Shown in pieces: positions 22,329 to 33,574 of a DNA stretch of 64,000 bases; the stretch's first letter is position 1; each line of letters opens with the position of its first letter. The DNA is from Bdellovibrionales bacterium (GTDB lineage Bacteria; Bdellovibrionota; Bdellovibrionia; Bdellovibrionales; UBA1609): assembly GCA_965203095.1 (NCBI GenBank), contig OZ241877.1, positions 928,001-992,000 of the forward strand, read 5' to 3'. Under the pieces are notes generated by a model. It saw only the letters and a list, made by a program, of their open reading frames with translations, searched no databases and was not told the DNA's origin. Made by a program: the position numbers and the translations under genes.

Positions 22329-23513
22329 TTATGGTTCTTTTTGCAAATGCCTATAGATCTTTCTTAAAATGAGAAGTTTGGACGAAAATTGCTGGACAGG
22401 CTTTCCATTGACAAAAAAGGCGGGTGTTCCTTGGACACGATTTTCTCCCACAGCCTGAGTTGAGCTGAGGAGCTTTTTCCGGAAAGAAGGCTCTTTCATG
22501 CAGAGCTGAAAAGCTTTTTTATCCAAACCCAATTCAACAAACATCTTTTGAAATAGATTCTCTATATGGTTTTTATCCCCCTGCTTTTTTAAAAAAAATT
22601 TTTGATTTTCAAATAAAAAATCATGTGCAAGCCAAGCTTTGTTTTGCTTTTGAGCACACACAAGGGCCTGGCTCAGCTCACAGCTCAAGCCTGTTTTTAC
22701 AAATTCCACAGAGGGGTTGCAAGTGCCGTCTAAAGGGTAAACATAAAATTGAAGCTTGGCCTCTGGTGCATTTTTTAAAAAATGCTCCAAGGCCGGTTGG
22801 ACTTCTTTACAAGCGGGACAGAGGAAGTCAGCAAACTCCACAACTGTCATTTTGGGATTTTTTGCCCCTTTTTCCATTATATAATCCGAAGATATAACTA
22901 AAGGCTTAGCGTTTTGCCAATCAATAAACACGGCAGAAACCAGCTCTTCTTGATCTTTAATATCAAAAGCATTTACAAAATAAATATGAAAAAACAGGCT
23001 TAAAAAAGCCAACCCCGCTGTAAAAGCATAAAGACTTTTCTCTCTCGCGTTTCGCCAAATAAAGCTTATGGGTTCCGAAAGCTCTGGCCGAAAAGCAAAA
23101 AACAAAAGAACCACAACCACAAACGAAAAAACATAAAGTGCCCAACACACAGGGCAAAGCAAAGCATTGACTGAAGAGATGATAGCCATCGCCACAGAGG
23201 ACAAAGCTATCCCTACTGAAAGATAAAAGGAAATGTTTTTCCAATAGGTTGTCCCTCCAAAAAGAAGAAAGAAAAATAAAGAAAAAGAGAGAAACAGGTT
23301 AAAAGCCAAACCAAAATTAGAAAGAGACATTCCAAAAACTTCAGCATAGGGGGAGAGAAGGGCGGAATCACAGTTGATCTTTTCGCTTATATTGCATATT
23401 GCATTATGAGAGCTGGCTCCCGATTTTAACTTATAAGCCCTTTGAGCCAGATAAAAATGCCCTATAGAGGACAAAAAGGCAAAAATTAAGGCAAAAATTA
23501 GGCGATTTTTCAT
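22329..23513 (-). CDS. VKOR-DsbA/thioredoxin fusion
   Basis: C-x7-CD and CPVC in the membrane VKOR domain; EFADFLCPAC and GTPAFFVNG in the DsbA domain. Confidence 0.88.
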   Translation of the reverse strand: MKNRLIFALIFAFLSSIGHFYLAQRAYKLKSGASSHNAICNISEKINCDSALLSPYAEVFGMSLSNFGLAFNLFLSFSLFFFLLFGGTTYWKNISFYLSVGIALSSVAMAIISSVNALLCPVCWALYVFSFVVVVLLFFAFRPELSEPISFIWRNAREKSLYAFTAGLAFLSLFFHIYFVNAFDIKDQEELVSAVFIDWQNAKPLVISSDYIMEKGAKNPKMTVVEFADFLCPACKEVQPALEHFLKNAPEAKLQFYVYPLDGTCNPSVEFVKTGLSCELSQALVCAQKQNKAWLAHDFLFENQKFFLKKQGDKNHIENLFQKMFVELGLDKKAFQLCMKEPSFRKKLLSSTQAVGENRVQGTPAFFVNGKPVQQFSSKLLILRKIYRHLQKEP

Positions 23514-23589
23514 CGTGAACTGATTTTGCCCTCTAAGCGAGAATAAAGCAAAGAGTTTTTACTGGCAGATAAACTAAAATTAAGCTATA

Positions 23590-25314
23590 TTGCTGAGCAA
23601 TATGCCCTCACTTTTAAAGGAACAAGGTTCTTTATCTCTTATTAAAGAAGAGCTGGCCCGCTTTTTAAAACCAGCCCTTCCTTTGAGATGGGCTGAAATA
23701 GTCTCTCTTTTAGAAAAGCCTCGCCAGCCGGAGCATGGCCATCTGTCCCTTCCCCTCTTTGCCCTGGCCAAAAAAATCGGAAAAGCTCCACAGGAATTGG
23801 CTAAAGAGCTGGCTGAACTTTTTAGCCAAAATCTCCCTCCCTATTTAAAGTCCTGCAAAGCCCTTTCTGCTTTTGTTAATTTTCAGTTTCAAGAAAGCTA
23901 TTTTCAAAAAAATATAGAGTTCCTATTAGAAAAAAAAGAGCTGGCAAGCTTTTGTAGGGAAAAAGAAGAGCACTGGCTGATAGATTTTGCTTCCCCCAAT
24001 GTGGCCAAACATATTAACATTGGCCACTTCAGGGCGGCTATTGTGGGGCAAGCTTTGGTGAATCTGGCTCGTGCCTTTGGTTTTAAAGTGACCGGGCTCA
24101 ATCACTTAGGGGACTGGGGAAGCCAGTTTGGAAAGCTCCTCTATGCTTACAAAAAATGGGGGGCAAAGTATGATTTTAAAAATCAAGCTTTTTCATCTTT
24201 AGTTGAGCTGTATATTCGCTTTCACAAAGAAGCGAAAGAGGAAACCCAGAAACAGGCGAGAGAGCTTTTTCAAAAATTGGAAAGAGGAGATCCCGAATTA
24301 AAAAAGCTTTGGTCGCGTTTTGTGGCCCTCTCCTTAAAAAACTATGAAAAATATTGGAAAGCCCTCAACATAACACATGATCTGGTCCTTGGAGAATCTT
24401 TTTATGCTCCCCTTGTAAATGATTTAAAGCAGTCCTTAAAAGATAAAAAGCTTTTGAAAAAAAGTTTAGGGGCAGAGGTGGTTTTTTTAGAAGAAGGCAC
24501 TGTGCCTTGCCTTATCTCTAAAAGTGATGGGGCCTCAACTTATTCTGCCAGAGATCTGGCCAGTTTAATTTATCGCTTTGAAAAGCTTAAAGCTCACAAA
24601 AACATTTATATCACTGGCTCCGATCAAATCTTGCACTTTCAACAGGTTTTACAAGTGGCGGGAAAGCTTAAGGCCCAATGGAAAGAGCAAAGCCTTCATT
24701 TGAGTTTTGGAATGTATCGGTTTAAAGGCGAGGGAAAAATGTCTTCCCGCCAAGGAGAGGCTGTTTTTTTGAAAGATATTTTAGAGCAGGTTGTGGAAAG
24801 GGTGGAAAAGATCATTCAAGAAAGAAATCCCGAACTAAAAAATAAAAAAGAGATCAGCTGGCAAGTAGGGGTGGGGGCTTTGATCTTTAACGATCTGATG
24901 AATGATCGGGTAAAGGATGTGGATTTTGAATGGAGTAAAGTTTTGGATTTTGAGGGCCGTTCCGGGCCTTTTGTTCAATACAGTCTGGTTCGCTCTCGCA
25001 GTCTCCTCCGCCGGAACAAAAAGCCTTTACCTAAAAAGTTTTCTCTCCCTCCAGATGGAATAGAGGAAAAGCGTTTGATTTGGAGACTCTTAAGTTTTGA
25101 AGAAGCTGTTTTTCTTTCTCTCAAAAACTTTAAACCTCATATTTTGGCCCGATACCTTTTGGATTTAGCTAAAGAGTTCAACCGTTTTTACGCTGCTCAA
25201 AGGGTTTTAGGCCACCAGAGAGAGCTGGATCTGCTCTTGTTAACAAAGGCGGTCCATCGCTCTCTTTACAGAGGGCTTGAGATATTAAATGTCCCTCGGC
25301 CTAAAGCCATGTAA
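23590..25314 (+). CDS. argS: Arginine-tRNA ligase
   Basis: SPNVAKHINIGH, HLGDWGSQFG, KMSSR motifs; DALR domain. Confidence 0.96.
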   Translation: MLSNMPSLLKEQGSLSLIKEELARFLKPALPLRWAEIVSLLEKPRQPEHGHLSLPLFALAKKIGKAPQELAKELAELFSQNLPPYLKSCKALSAFVNFQFQESYFQKNIEFLLEKKELASFCREKEEHWLIDFASPNVAKHINIGHFRAAIVGQALVNLARAFGFKVTGLNHLGDWGSQFGKLLYAYKKWGAKYDFKNQAFSSLVELYIRFHKEAKEETQKQARELFQKLERGDPELKKLWSRFVALSLKNYEKYWKALNITHDLVLGESFYAPLVNDLKQSLKDKKLLKKSLGAEVVFLEEGTVPCLISKSDGASTYSARDLASLIYRFEKLKAHKNIYITGSDQILHFQQVLQVAGKLKAQWKEQSLHLSFGMYRFKGEGKMSSRQGEAVFLKDILEQVVERVEKIIQERNPELKNKKEISWQVGVGALIFNDLMNDRVKDVDFEWSKVLDFEGRSGPFVQYSLVRSRSLLRRNKKPLPKKFSLPPDGIEEKRLIWRLLSFEEAVFLSLKNFKPHILARYLLDLAKEFNRFYAAQRVLGHQRELDLLLLTKAVHRSLYRGLEILNVPRPKAM

Positions 25315-25517
25315 AGCCTTCCTTGACAAATCAGGACAACCAGGTTAAGTGACAGAACCAAACCTTTATTGGTTTTGCAGATGACATTATGCTATGTCAC
25401 AAAAAGCGACTTAAAAAGGATGATCTTAATTATGACGACATTTTTACTTTTCATTATGGAGAAACTAAACTCCTCTAAAATTTTAGATAGGTCTTTAAAC
25501 AAATTGAGATCCAGAAT

Positions 25518-26690
25518 ATGGATGTAAAAGAGTATCAAGCCAAAAAGTTTTTCCAACAGTATTCCATTCCTGTTTTGGATTCTCAAGTGATAGATACTGC
25601 TGAAAAGGCCATTCAAGCCACTCAAAAAATAGGCGGGAAAAGTTTTGTCTTAAAAGCTCAAGTTTTGGCTGGAGGCCGAGGTAAAGCCGGAGGGGTTTTA
25701 GTGGTTAAAACCCCGGAAGAAGTCCAGAAAGTGGCCAACAAACTCCTGCACAGCCATCTTGTGACGGCTCAAACTTCTAAAAAGGGAGAATGGGTATCCC
25801 ATGTTTTGATTGAAAAAGCGGTCTCCATTAAAAGGGAATGCTATTTGGCTCTTTTGTTGGATCCCTCCTCTTCTCAAGTGCTTTTTATGGCCTCTTTAGA
25901 GGGTGGGGTAGATATTGAGGAGCTGAGCACAAAAACTCCAGAAAAAATTTTAAAGCTCAAAATTCCTCCTCACATAGGCTTTTCCCTTTGGAATGCCTGG
26001 GAGATAGGGAAATTCTTAGGCTTTTCTAAAAAAGAAGATATTCAATTCCTTTTTAAAATGGGACAACAGCTTTATAAGCTCTTTATAGAAAAAGACGCGA
26101 GCTTAATTGAAATCAATCCCTTAGCTCAAACTCAAAAAGGAGATTGGATCGCCTTAGACGGGAAAATGAGCTTTGATGAAAACAGCTTTTACCGCCAAGC
26201 CGATCTAAAAAAAATTCACGAAGAGCAAAACCGGAACCAAAGCGAAGATCTGGCCCTCAAACATGGCTTATCTTTCATTCAGCTTGAAGGGGAAATTGGC
26301 TGTATGGTTAACGGGGCTGGGCTGGCTATGGCCACTATGGACATTATCCAACTGTATGGGGGGCGACCAGCCAATTTTTTAGATGTTGGAGGGGGGGCTG
26401 AAGAGGGAAAAGTCAAAAAAGCCTTTGAGATCATTTTGCAGGATAAAAATATCAAAAGTATTTTGGTTAACATTTTTGGCGGGATCATGAGGTGCGATGT
26501 GATTGCCTCAGCTCTGATAAAAGCTCTGGAAGAGGTAAATGTCTCTATCCCTTTAGTGATTCGTTTAGAGGGCACAAGGTCGAAAGAGGGGATGGAAAAG
26601 ATAAGCAAATCTTCTCTTCAACTGATTGTGGCAGAAGATTTGGATTCGGCCGCGAAAAAAGCGGTCCAACTTTCAAACACTGAGGGATAA
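25518..26690 (+). CDS. sucC: Succinyl-CoA synthetase beta subunit
   Basis: KAQVLAGGRGKAGG, GCMVNGAGLAMATMD, NIFGGIMRCD. Confidence 0.97.
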   Translation: MDVKEYQAKKFFQQYSIPVLDSQVIDTAEKAIQATQKIGGKSFVLKAQVLAGGRGKAGGVLVVKTPEEVQKVANKLLHSHLVTAQTSKKGEWVSHVLIEKAVSIKRECYLALLLDPSSSQVLFMASLEGGVDIEELSTKTPEKILKLKIPPHIGFSLWNAWEIGKFLGFSKKEDIQFLFKMGQQLYKLFIEKDASLIEINPLAQTQKGDWIALDGKMSFDENSFYRQADLKKIHEEQNRNQSEDLALKHGLSFIQLEGEIGCMVNGAGLAMATMDIIQLYGGRPANFLDVGGGAEEGKVKKAFEIILQDKNIKSILVNIFGGIMRCDVIASALIKALEEVNVSIPLVIRLEGTRSKEGMEKISKSSLQLIVAEDLDSAAKKAVQLSNTEG

Positions 26691-26696
26691 AAAGTC

Positions 26697-27569
26697 ATGT
26701 CTATTTTAGTAGATAAAAACACAAGGTTAATCTGCCAAGGTTTTACAGGAAAGCACGGGACCTTCCATAGCGAACAGGCCTTACAATACGGCACAAATCT
26801 TGTGGGGGGTGTGACTCCGGGCAAAGGGGGAAGTGAGCATTTAGGAAAACCTGTGTTTAATACTGTTCGAGAAGCCCGGCGGGAGACAAAAGCCAATGCC
26901 TCTATGATTTATGTTCCAGCCCCTTTTGCGGCTCAAGCCATTATTGAGGCCATTGTTGAGGAAATAGAATTGGTGGTTTGCATTACAGAGGGCATTCCCA
27001 TTTTGGATATGGTCCGGGTGAAACAGATTCTTAAAGGGAGCCGGACCCGTTTGATTGGTCCTAACTGCCCTGGGGTGATCACTCCAGAGGATTGTAAAAT
27101 TGGCATTATGCCCGGCTATATTCATAAAAAAGGCAGTTTAGGAGTCCTGTCCCGCTCAGGAACTTTAACTTATGAAGCCGTTTGGCAAGCCACAAATTTA
27201 GGTTTGGGCCAAAGCTCTTGTGTGGGAATTGGGGGGGATCCTGTTAAAGGTTCGGATTTTGTGGATATTTTAAAGCTCTTCAAGGAGGATAGAGAAACTA
27301 AAGCTCTCGTTTTGATTGGTGAAATTGGAGGGGTTGCGGAAGAAGAAGCGGCAGAGTATATTCAACAAGAGTTTAAAAAACCGGTCTCGGCCTTTATTGC
27401 GGGGAGTTCTGCCCCTGTAGGGCGTCGCATGGGCCATGCCGGAGCTATTATTCAAAGAGGGCGAGGGGGAGCTGAAAGCAAAATAAAAGCCCTTAAAAGA
27501 GCCGGTTGCAATATAGCCAATAATCCGGCATGTTTAGCTCTTGCTGTTAAAGACATGCTGAAAAAATAA
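26697..27569 (+). CDS. sucD: Succinyl-CoA synthetase alpha subunit
   Basis: [28 protein letters not shown]. Confidence 0.97.
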   Translation: MSILVDKNTRLICQGFTGKHGTFHSEQALQYGTNLVGGVTPGKGGSEHLGKPVFNTVREARRETKANASMIYVPAPFAAQAIIEAIVEEIELVVCITEGIPILDMVRVKQILKGSRTRLIGPNCPGVITPEDCKIGIMPGYIHKKGSLGVLSRSGTLTYEAVWQATNLGLGQSSCVGIGGDPVKGSDFVDILKLFKEDRETKALVLIGEIGGVAEEEAAEYIQQEFKKPVSAFIAGSSAPVGRRMGHAGAIIQRGRGGAESKIKALKRAGCNIANNPACLALAVKDMLKK

Positions 27570-27578
27570 GGATCGGGT

Positions 27579-27995
27579 ATGGAATTGACTTTTGTTCTCA
27601 TAAAACCTAACGCTATGAAAAAACAAAAAGCGGGAGTCATCATAAACCGATTCCAAAAAGAGGGCCTGCAAGTCGCGGGACTAAAAATGCTAAAAATTCC
27701 TAAAAGCCTTTGTCAAAGTTTTTATCAAGAACATAAAGAGCAAGCTTTTTTTAAAGAATTGGTCCATTTCATAAGTTCAGAACCGGTGATTGTTTTGGCT
27801 CTCCGGGGAGAGGGGGCGATTTTAAAAGTGAGATCTCTTATGGGAGATACAGATCCTAAAAAAGCTTTGCCGGGGACCCTTCGCTACGAGTATGGGGACA
27901 GTATTGGGGAAAACGCCCTCCATGGCAGTGACTCGCTTAAGAGTGCGAAAAGGGAGCTGGCTTTGTTTTTTTCACCAGAAGAGCTTTTTAAATAA
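27579..27995 (+). CDS. ndk: Nucleoside diphosphate kinase
   Basis: TFVLIKP, PGTLR, NALHGSDS. Confidence 0.96.
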   Translation: MELTFVLIKPNAMKKQKAGVIINRFQKEGLQVAGLKMLKIPKSLCQSFYQEHKEQAFFKELVHFISSEPVIVLALRGEGAILKVRSLMGDTDPKKALPGTLRYEYGDSIGENALHGSDSLKSAKRELALFFSPEELFK

Positions 27996-28040
27996 AAATA
28001 TGTGGCTTAAAATTCTAAGAACCTCTATTTAAAAAACAAA

Positions 28041-28805
28041 ATGAAGATAAAAACTTTTTTATTTTTTTGCTTTTTTCTGACAGCTTGCCAAAACCAAGAA
28101 AAAAACATTCGTCAGGCCAGCGATCATCATAAAATTGCCCTGAGCCTTCTGAGCAAATGTGATAAACCCAGAGCTTTAGTCCATCTGCTTAAAGCCAAAA
28201 AGCTCCACCCTAAGGATTTTTTGATTCGTCACTCTTTAGGAGTTATTTATTACTCTATGGGCCAATACCACAAAGCCCTTGTAGAGCTAAAAAAGATTTT
28301 AAAAAGACAGCCAAAATTTACAGAAGCTCGAGTCAATATTGCCAGAATCTATATTGATTTGAATTTGCCAGATCAATCTCTTAAAGAAATTCGATTGGCG
28401 GAACAAGACATTACTTACACAAATTATCTTAAGATCATCAACCAAAAAGCTCTGGCTTATTACAACAAAGGAGATTATGCACATTCTAAAAAGTGGTTGG
28501 AAGAAGCTCTCTCAGTTTCTAAGGGAAAAAATTGTTTTGTGTATCTTCACTTAGGAAAAACGGAAACCGCTTTAGGAAATTTAAAACAAGCAGAACAGCT
28601 ATTAAAAACAGCCCTTTCAATATGCGGAAAAGAAAAGCCAAAATGCGAACCCCCAGAATATGAGGAGCAGTTGGCCTTAGCTCAGCTTTACATAAAAAAA
28701 GGGAATAAAAACAGAGCCAAATACCATTTAAACCTTTTTTTGTTAAAAAGTAAAAAAAGACAGAGGATTGAAAAAGCAAAAAAACTGTTAGAAAAAATCT
28801 CTTAA
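28041..28805 (+). CDS. TPR lipoprotein (PilF/Tgl-like)
   Basis: LTAC lipobox; TPR repeats; position between ndk and a RodZ-like gene. Confidence 0.7.
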   Translation: MKIKTFLFFCFFLTACQNQEKNIRQASDHHKIALSLLSKCDKPRALVHLLKAKKLHPKDFLIRHSLGVIYYSMGQYHKALVELKKILKRQPKFTEARVNIARIYIDLNLPDQSLKEIRLAEQDITYTNYLKIINQKALAYYNKGDYAHSKKWLEEALSVSKGKNCFVYLHLGKTETALGNLKQAEQLLKTALSICGKEKPKCEPPEYEEQLALAQLYIKKGNKNRAKYHLNLFLLKSKKRQRIEKAKKLLEKIS

Positions 28806-28839
28806 TTATTCCTCAAAGCGAGTTTAAAAACACAGGATT

Positions 28840-29637
28840 ATGGATTATTCTAAAATAGGAAATCACTTAAAACTTATCAGAGAGCGTAAAGGCTTAAGTT
28901 ATGATCAGATTTTTGAAATTACCCGAATCCAGCCAACTATATTAAAAGAGATTGAGGAGGGATCTTCCAATATTTCTCCGGTTTTTTTAAAAGGTTTTAT
29001 AAAGTCTTACGCCCGATCGATGGGGCTTGATCCTGAAGAGCTTTTTCAACAATTAAAAAACAAAGAGGAGATTAAAGAAAAATCCATAGATAGAGAAACA
29101 AAGGCCCGTGCCTCTGGTTATAGATATAAAAAAATAATTTCTTTTAAAAATATAGTGTCTTTAGGAATTTTTTTAATCCTCCTTTCTTTCGTTCTTTGGC
29201 TGACATTTTCTTTCAAAAAGGAGTTGGCAAAAAAGGATATAACGACTTTAAAACCTCCCTCTTTAAAGAAAAAAGCCTCCGCCGATCCAGAATTGTCTTT
29301 TAAAAACAAACTGCCAGTAAGCTCTCTTCAAATTCCCACAGAAAATGACTTTCCTGCTCCTCCGGAAACTCTTTTTAACAAAATCAAAAACTCTGTTTTT
29401 AAACAAGATCTTTTGATCCAATCCCCTGAGCCTCTAAAAATTTATTTTAAGGCGGACGGAGGATCCATTGTGACAAAAACCCTTGAACCTTTTGTTTATT
29501 TTCACATTAAAGCTAAAAAAAGCATCTATCTTCGTTTTGATGAAAACCGCAACAATATTTTAATTTTTCATAATGGAAAAAAAACAGATACTGGCGGGAA
29601 AGCTTTTTTTGAACAGACTTTTCAAACGCTTTTATGA
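28840..29637 (+). CDS. RodZ-like HTH membrane protein
   Basis: N-terminal IGNHLKLIRE..GFIKSYAR HTH and one TM helix. Confidence 0.8.
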   Translation: MDYSKIGNHLKLIRERKGLSYDQIFEITRIQPTILKEIEEGSSNISPVFLKGFIKSYARSMGLDPEELFQQLKNKEEIKEKSIDRETKARASGYRYKKIISFKNIVSLGIFLILLSFVLWLTFSFKKELAKKDITTLKPPSLKKKASADPELSFKNKLPVSSLQIPTENDFPAPPETLFNKIKNSVFKQDLLIQSPEPLKIYFKADGGSIVTKTLEPFVYFHIKAKKSIYLRFDENRNNILIFHNGKKTDTGGKAFFEQTFQTLL

Positions 29638-30698
29638 AGCGAACAGCTCTTTTTGAATCCCACAAAGCCTTAAATGCTCGTTTTGTGCTTTTTGCGGGCT
29701 GGCAAATGCCTTTTTCTTACAACAGCCCTTCTTTAGAGCATATTAAAACAAGAAAATCCGGAGGGCTTTTTGATGTCTCTCACATGGGACAGATCCGGAT
29801 CCAGGGGCGAGACAGCCTTTCTTTTTTAGAAAAGTTATTGCCTTCTGATTTAAGGTCTTTACAGGAGGGCCAAGCCCTTTACTCTGCCCTTTGTAATAAA
29901 GCAGGAGGGCTTATAGATGATCTGATTCTCTATGCCTTTTCTAAAGAAAATTATCTTTTATGTGTAAATGCTGGCTCTAAGGATAAAGACCTCAGGTGGA
30001 TCCACTCTCATTTAGGAAAAGAAAAAGTCCATCTTCAGGACGAAAGTGACAACTGGGCCTTGATCGCTGTCCAGGGGCCACAGTCACTTGAGCTTTGCTC
30101 TGTGCTTTTTCCCACAATTTTTTTTAAGCAAATCCCTCGTTTTCATTTTGTGGAAAAATCCAATATTTTATTTTCCCGAACGGGATATACTGGAGAGGAT
30201 GGTTTTGAAATTTATATCCCTGTCCATCAGGCAACTCACTTTTGGGAAAATTTTTTAAAAGAGGGGGAGGCTTTTTCAATAGGTCCTGTGGGCTTAGGGG
30301 CCAGGGACACTTTGAGGCTGGAAATGAAATATTTACTTTCCGGCCAAGATTTTGATGAATCAAAAAGTCTTTTGCAGGCTGGGCTTTCTCGGCTGATGAA
30401 AAGCTCTGCAAATTATATTGGAAAAAAAGCCCTTTTAACACAAAAAGCTTCCGGAAACTACTTAGAGCTGAACGCTTTTGTTGTGGAAGAAGCTTTTGTT
30501 GTTCCCCGAAAAGATTTTAATGTTTATTCATCTGATGGAGAAATTATAGGTTTTGTCACCAGTGGGGCAAAATCTCCCTCTTTAGGCCAGATGATAGGTC
30601 TGGCTTATACAAAACAAGATGTAGCGAGTGCTTATTTGAAGTTTCGTGAAACTCAAGCCAAAATTCGCTTTGTTTCCGGCCCCTTTTTAAAAAAATAA
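29634..30698 (+). CDS. gcvT: Glycine cleavage system aminomethyltransferase T
   Basis: LFDVSHMG, SRTGYTGEDGFE, GLGARDTLRLE. Confidence 0.95.
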   Translation: MKRTALFESHKALNARFVLFAGWQMPFSYNSPSLEHIKTRKSGGLFDVSHMGQIRIQGRDSLSFLEKLLPSDLRSLQEGQALYSALCNKAGGLIDDLILYAFSKENYLLCVNAGSKDKDLRWIHSHLGKEKVHLQDESDNWALIAVQGPQSLELCSVLFPTIFFKQIPRFHFVEKSNILFSRTGYTGEDGFEIYIPVHQATHFWENFLKEGEAFSIGPVGLGARDTLRLEMKYLLSGQDFDESKSLLQAGLSRLMKSSANYIGKKALLTQKASGNYLELNAFVVEEAFVVPRKDFNVYSSDGEIIGFVTSGAKSPSLGQMIGLAYTKQDVASAYLKFRETQAKIRFVSGPFLKK

Positions 30699-30743
30699 TT
30701 GGCTTTTAATAGTGGCGTCTCTTTCTGGCAGATTGTAAATGAG

Positions 30744-31586
30744 TTAACTGTTCCAAAGGCGGTTTAAAAGATCTTTAAGTTCATCCGAATTTTTAAAGTA
30801 AAAACTCAGCTGGCCCTTCCCCTTTTGAGACAAATTCAGTCTCACTTTTTGAGGCCATAATCTTTCTAATCGGGATAGGGCTTTTTTAGCCCAAAAAGGG
30901 GGATCCGAAGATTTTCCCTCAGCTTTTCGGCTCAGTTTTTTAACTGTTAAGGATTTTTTAAGGCAGAGCTGGGCCATATCCCTTTGCTCTTTAGGATTTT
31001 TAAAACGCAAAATCTCTCTGGCTTGAGCAAAAGAGAGCTTGGCCTCCTCCACCAACCGCTGAACCTCTTTGTCTAAGGATAAAAGCCTCAAAGAATTGGC
31101 TACAGAGGAACGGGAACGACCTATTTTTTCCGATAGAGCCTCTTGACTCATCCCTTTCTGGCTCATTATTTGTTTAAAAGCTTTGGCCTCTTCTATGGGA
31201 TTCAAATCTTCTCTTTGAATATTCTCTACCAAAGTCCAAAGGGATTTTTGTTTGTTGTCCGGTGTTTTAACAATGACAGGAATTTTCCGAAGGCCCGCCA
31301 TACAGGCCGATCGCCAGCGTCTTTCTCCAGCAATGATCTGATAACCTTCCCCCTTTTTTTGAACTAAAATGGGTTGCAAAAGCCCCTGTTCCTTTATAGA
31401 GGCAGAAAGCTTTGCTAAGCTTTCTTTATTAAAAGATTTTCTGGGTTGGGATTTGTTAGGTTCAATTTTTTCAATATCTATAAGAAGGCTTTGATTCTCC
31501 ACTTGAGCCGGGCCTAATAGTGCAGAAAGCCCTCGGCCCAAACGGCTGTTTTTATTCTGAGGGTTTGTGGGATGATCTGACTTCAT
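30744..31586 (-). CDS. parB: Chromosome partitioning protein ParB
   Basis: LGRGLSALL, QPRK, IIAGERRWR, ENIQREDL; HTH. Confidence 0.97.
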   Translation of the reverse strand: MKSDHPTNPQNKNSRLGRGLSALLGPAQVENQSLLIDIEKIEPNKSQPRKSFNKESLAKLSASIKEQGLLQPILVQKKGEGYQIIAGERRWRSACMAGLRKIPVIVKTPDNKQKSLWTLVENIQREDLNPIEEAKAFKQIMSQKGMSQEALSEKIGRSRSSVANSLRLLSLDKEVQRLVEEAKLSFAQAREILRFKNPKEQRDMAQLCLKKSLTVKKLSRKAEGKSSDPPFWAKKALSRLERLWPQKVRLNLSQKGKGQLSFYFKNSDELKDLLNRLWNS

Positions 31587-31646
31587 AAAAACTCACTTTA
31601 GTTTTTTAATGACAGGTTTTTAAACAAAAGAGCCTTTTAATCTTTT

Positions 31647-32408
31647 TCATAAACCCGCTGTTTTTTCAAACTCCGCAGACAGCTCATAATAACTACGGGC
31701 CCCCGGAGAGCGTGGGTCGTATTGAAAAATAGACTGACCAAAACCAGGAGCTTCGCTCAATCGAACATTGCGGGGGACGATGGTTTGAAAAACTTTATCT
31801 TCAAAATGTTGCCGAACCTCTGTCTCAATTTGACGAGACAGGCAATTTCGAACATCAAACATGGTGAGCAAAATGCCTTGAAATTCCAAATCTGGATTTA
31901 AGTTGGCTCTAACCCTTTGAATGGTTTTGATGAGCTGGCTCAAGCCCTCTAAAGCATAGTATTCACACTGGAGAGGCACCACAAAACAATGAGAAGCCGT
32001 GAGAACATTGACTGTTAAGGGCCCTAAGGAGGGGGGGCAATCTATAAAAATGCAGTCAAAGCTTTTTTCCAGTTCTTTAATGCGATTTTTTAATAAAAAC
32101 TCCCAAGAATCTTTATTTAAATTTTCCGCAGTGAGGCCAGCTAAGTGAGCATCACTGGATATCAAAAAAAGATTATCCCAATCAACACTTTGAATAGCCT
32201 TTTTTGCAGAAATATTGCCAGAAAGAACTTGATAAATTGTGGCCTGCTCAGGGTCTGATCCCATAGCACGAGAGGCATTGCCTTGAGGATCCATATCTAT
32301 AAGCAGGGTTTTGTAATTCCTTAAGGCCAAAGCGCTGGCCAAGTTGACAGAGCTGGTGGTTTTGCCCACCCCTCCTTTTTGATTAACCAAACTGACGATT
32401 TGACCCAA
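31647..32408 (-). CDS. parA: Chromosome partitioning ATPase ParA
   Basis: NQKGGVGKTT, DMDPQGNA, IDCPPSLG, PRNVRLSEAP. Confidence 0.97.
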   Translation of the reverse strand: MGQIVSLVNQKGGVGKTTSSVNLASALALRNYKTLLIDMDPQGNASRAMGSDPEQATIYQVLSGNISAKKAIQSVDWDNLFLISSDAHLAGLTAENLNKDSWEFLLKNRIKELEKSFDCIFIDCPPSLGPLTVNVLTASHCFVVPLQCEYYALEGLSQLIKTIQRVRANLNPDLEFQGILLTMFDVRNCLSRQIETEVRQHFEDKVFQTIVPRNVRLSEAPGFGQSIFQYDPRSPGARSYYELSAEFEKTAGL

Positions 32409-32581
32409 AGCCTTTTCCTTATCAAAGATGACTATTCAAGTTGAATAGTCTTTTAAAAAAAGACTTGTGTCCATAATTTTTTATTCTGAATAGGGCTTTA
32501 GTCCAGTTTTAAGCCTGTTTTATTGAGCAAAAAGCTTTTTCAACATTTCGCGGCTTGTTATAAATTCTTAAGTTATTCCCA

Positions 32582-32908
32582 CTATTTTTTAGAGCTTTGA
32601 GACTTGATTTTCTCAAGGATAGTTAAGATTTTAGCCTGTCCCGCCTCAAGATTTTCCATTCTTATCTCAAGCTTATCCATTCTTTTCTCAAGATTAGCTT
32701 GTCCAGTCTCAAGCTTATTAAATCGTGAGTTAGACCAAGTAAAAACTACAGACAAAGAGATAATCATAAAAGAGGCTATAGCCATTAACAAAATTCCACC
32801 TGTGAATAAGGGGACAAGTCCTTTTATTTTATCCATACTCATTCCTTTAGCCTTGCTATCATCCCTTTCTATTTGTGCCGGCGTGGCTGGGTTCAATGTT
32901 TCAGACAT
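32582..32908 (-). CDS. Membrane-anchored short coiled-coil protein
   Basis: TM helix then heptads RFNKLETGQANLEKRMDKLE; AAGGAG RBS. Confidence 0.7.
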   Translation of the reverse strand: MSETLNPATPAQIERDDSKAKGMSMDKIKGLVPLFTGGILLMAIASFMIISLSVVFTWSNSRFNKLETGQANLEKRMDKLEIRMENLEAGQAKILTILEKIKSQSSKK

Positions 32909-33091
32909 ATTGCTCCTTAAGGTTTAGCTTATATCCTTATCCATTATCAGTTCATTGTCCGGAAATGTCAAGGTTTTATTTAAAGTGCTCAAATATTATA
33001 GCCAAAATAGGCTTTTTTAGGCAAAACGGATTGGCTCTGAGGGGAGAAAAAGCAGGACCTTAAGATAAACTTAATGATCTGTTTGTTTGAG

Positions 33092-33574
33092 CTATCTCTT
33101 TTTGGCCCATATCCCTGATTGTAATTCCGAACCAAAAAAGCCAGAAGTAAAAGCTTTTTTGACCTTTACTCCGGAGCTTCCCCTTTGAGATGGTTTTTTT
33201 GAAGGTCGTCTTTTTTTAGAAAACTTTTTTTTGGAAGTCTGGGGCTTTAAAACCAGCCTCTCAATTTTTATCCCACTAATTTTTTTAGAATGAGCATTAA
33301 AAACTGGGGGTTTTAACTTTTTTTCTTTTCCCCCATTTATCAAAAACTCCTTTTGCTCCTTTAAAACTTTAATCTCAAGCCTTATCTTTTTCAAATCCTC
33401 AAAAAAAAGTAAAAACTGCTTGTCCTCCGGCTTGCAATTTTGAGAGCAATAAGTATCCCCGTGCTCTGAGATAATCTTTAAATATTTTTTCTTATGCTTT
33501 GGCCATTTGTTCATAGCCGGATTGTCTCTTATGAGAGCTTGGATTTTCTTATTGATCTGAGAAAGATCAGACAT
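33092..33574 (-). CDS. Hypothetical basic protein
   Basis: 160-aa ORF with a TTGACA promoter just upstream; no recognisable motif. Confidence 0.5.
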   Translation of the reverse strand: MSDLSQINKKIQALIRDNPAMNKWPKHKKKYLKIISEHGDTYCSQNCKPEDKQFLLFFEDLKKIRLEIKVLKEQKEFLINGGKEKKLKPPVFNAHSKKISGIKIERLVLKPQTSKKKFSKKRRPSKKPSQRGSSGVKVKKAFTSGFFGSELQSGIWAKKR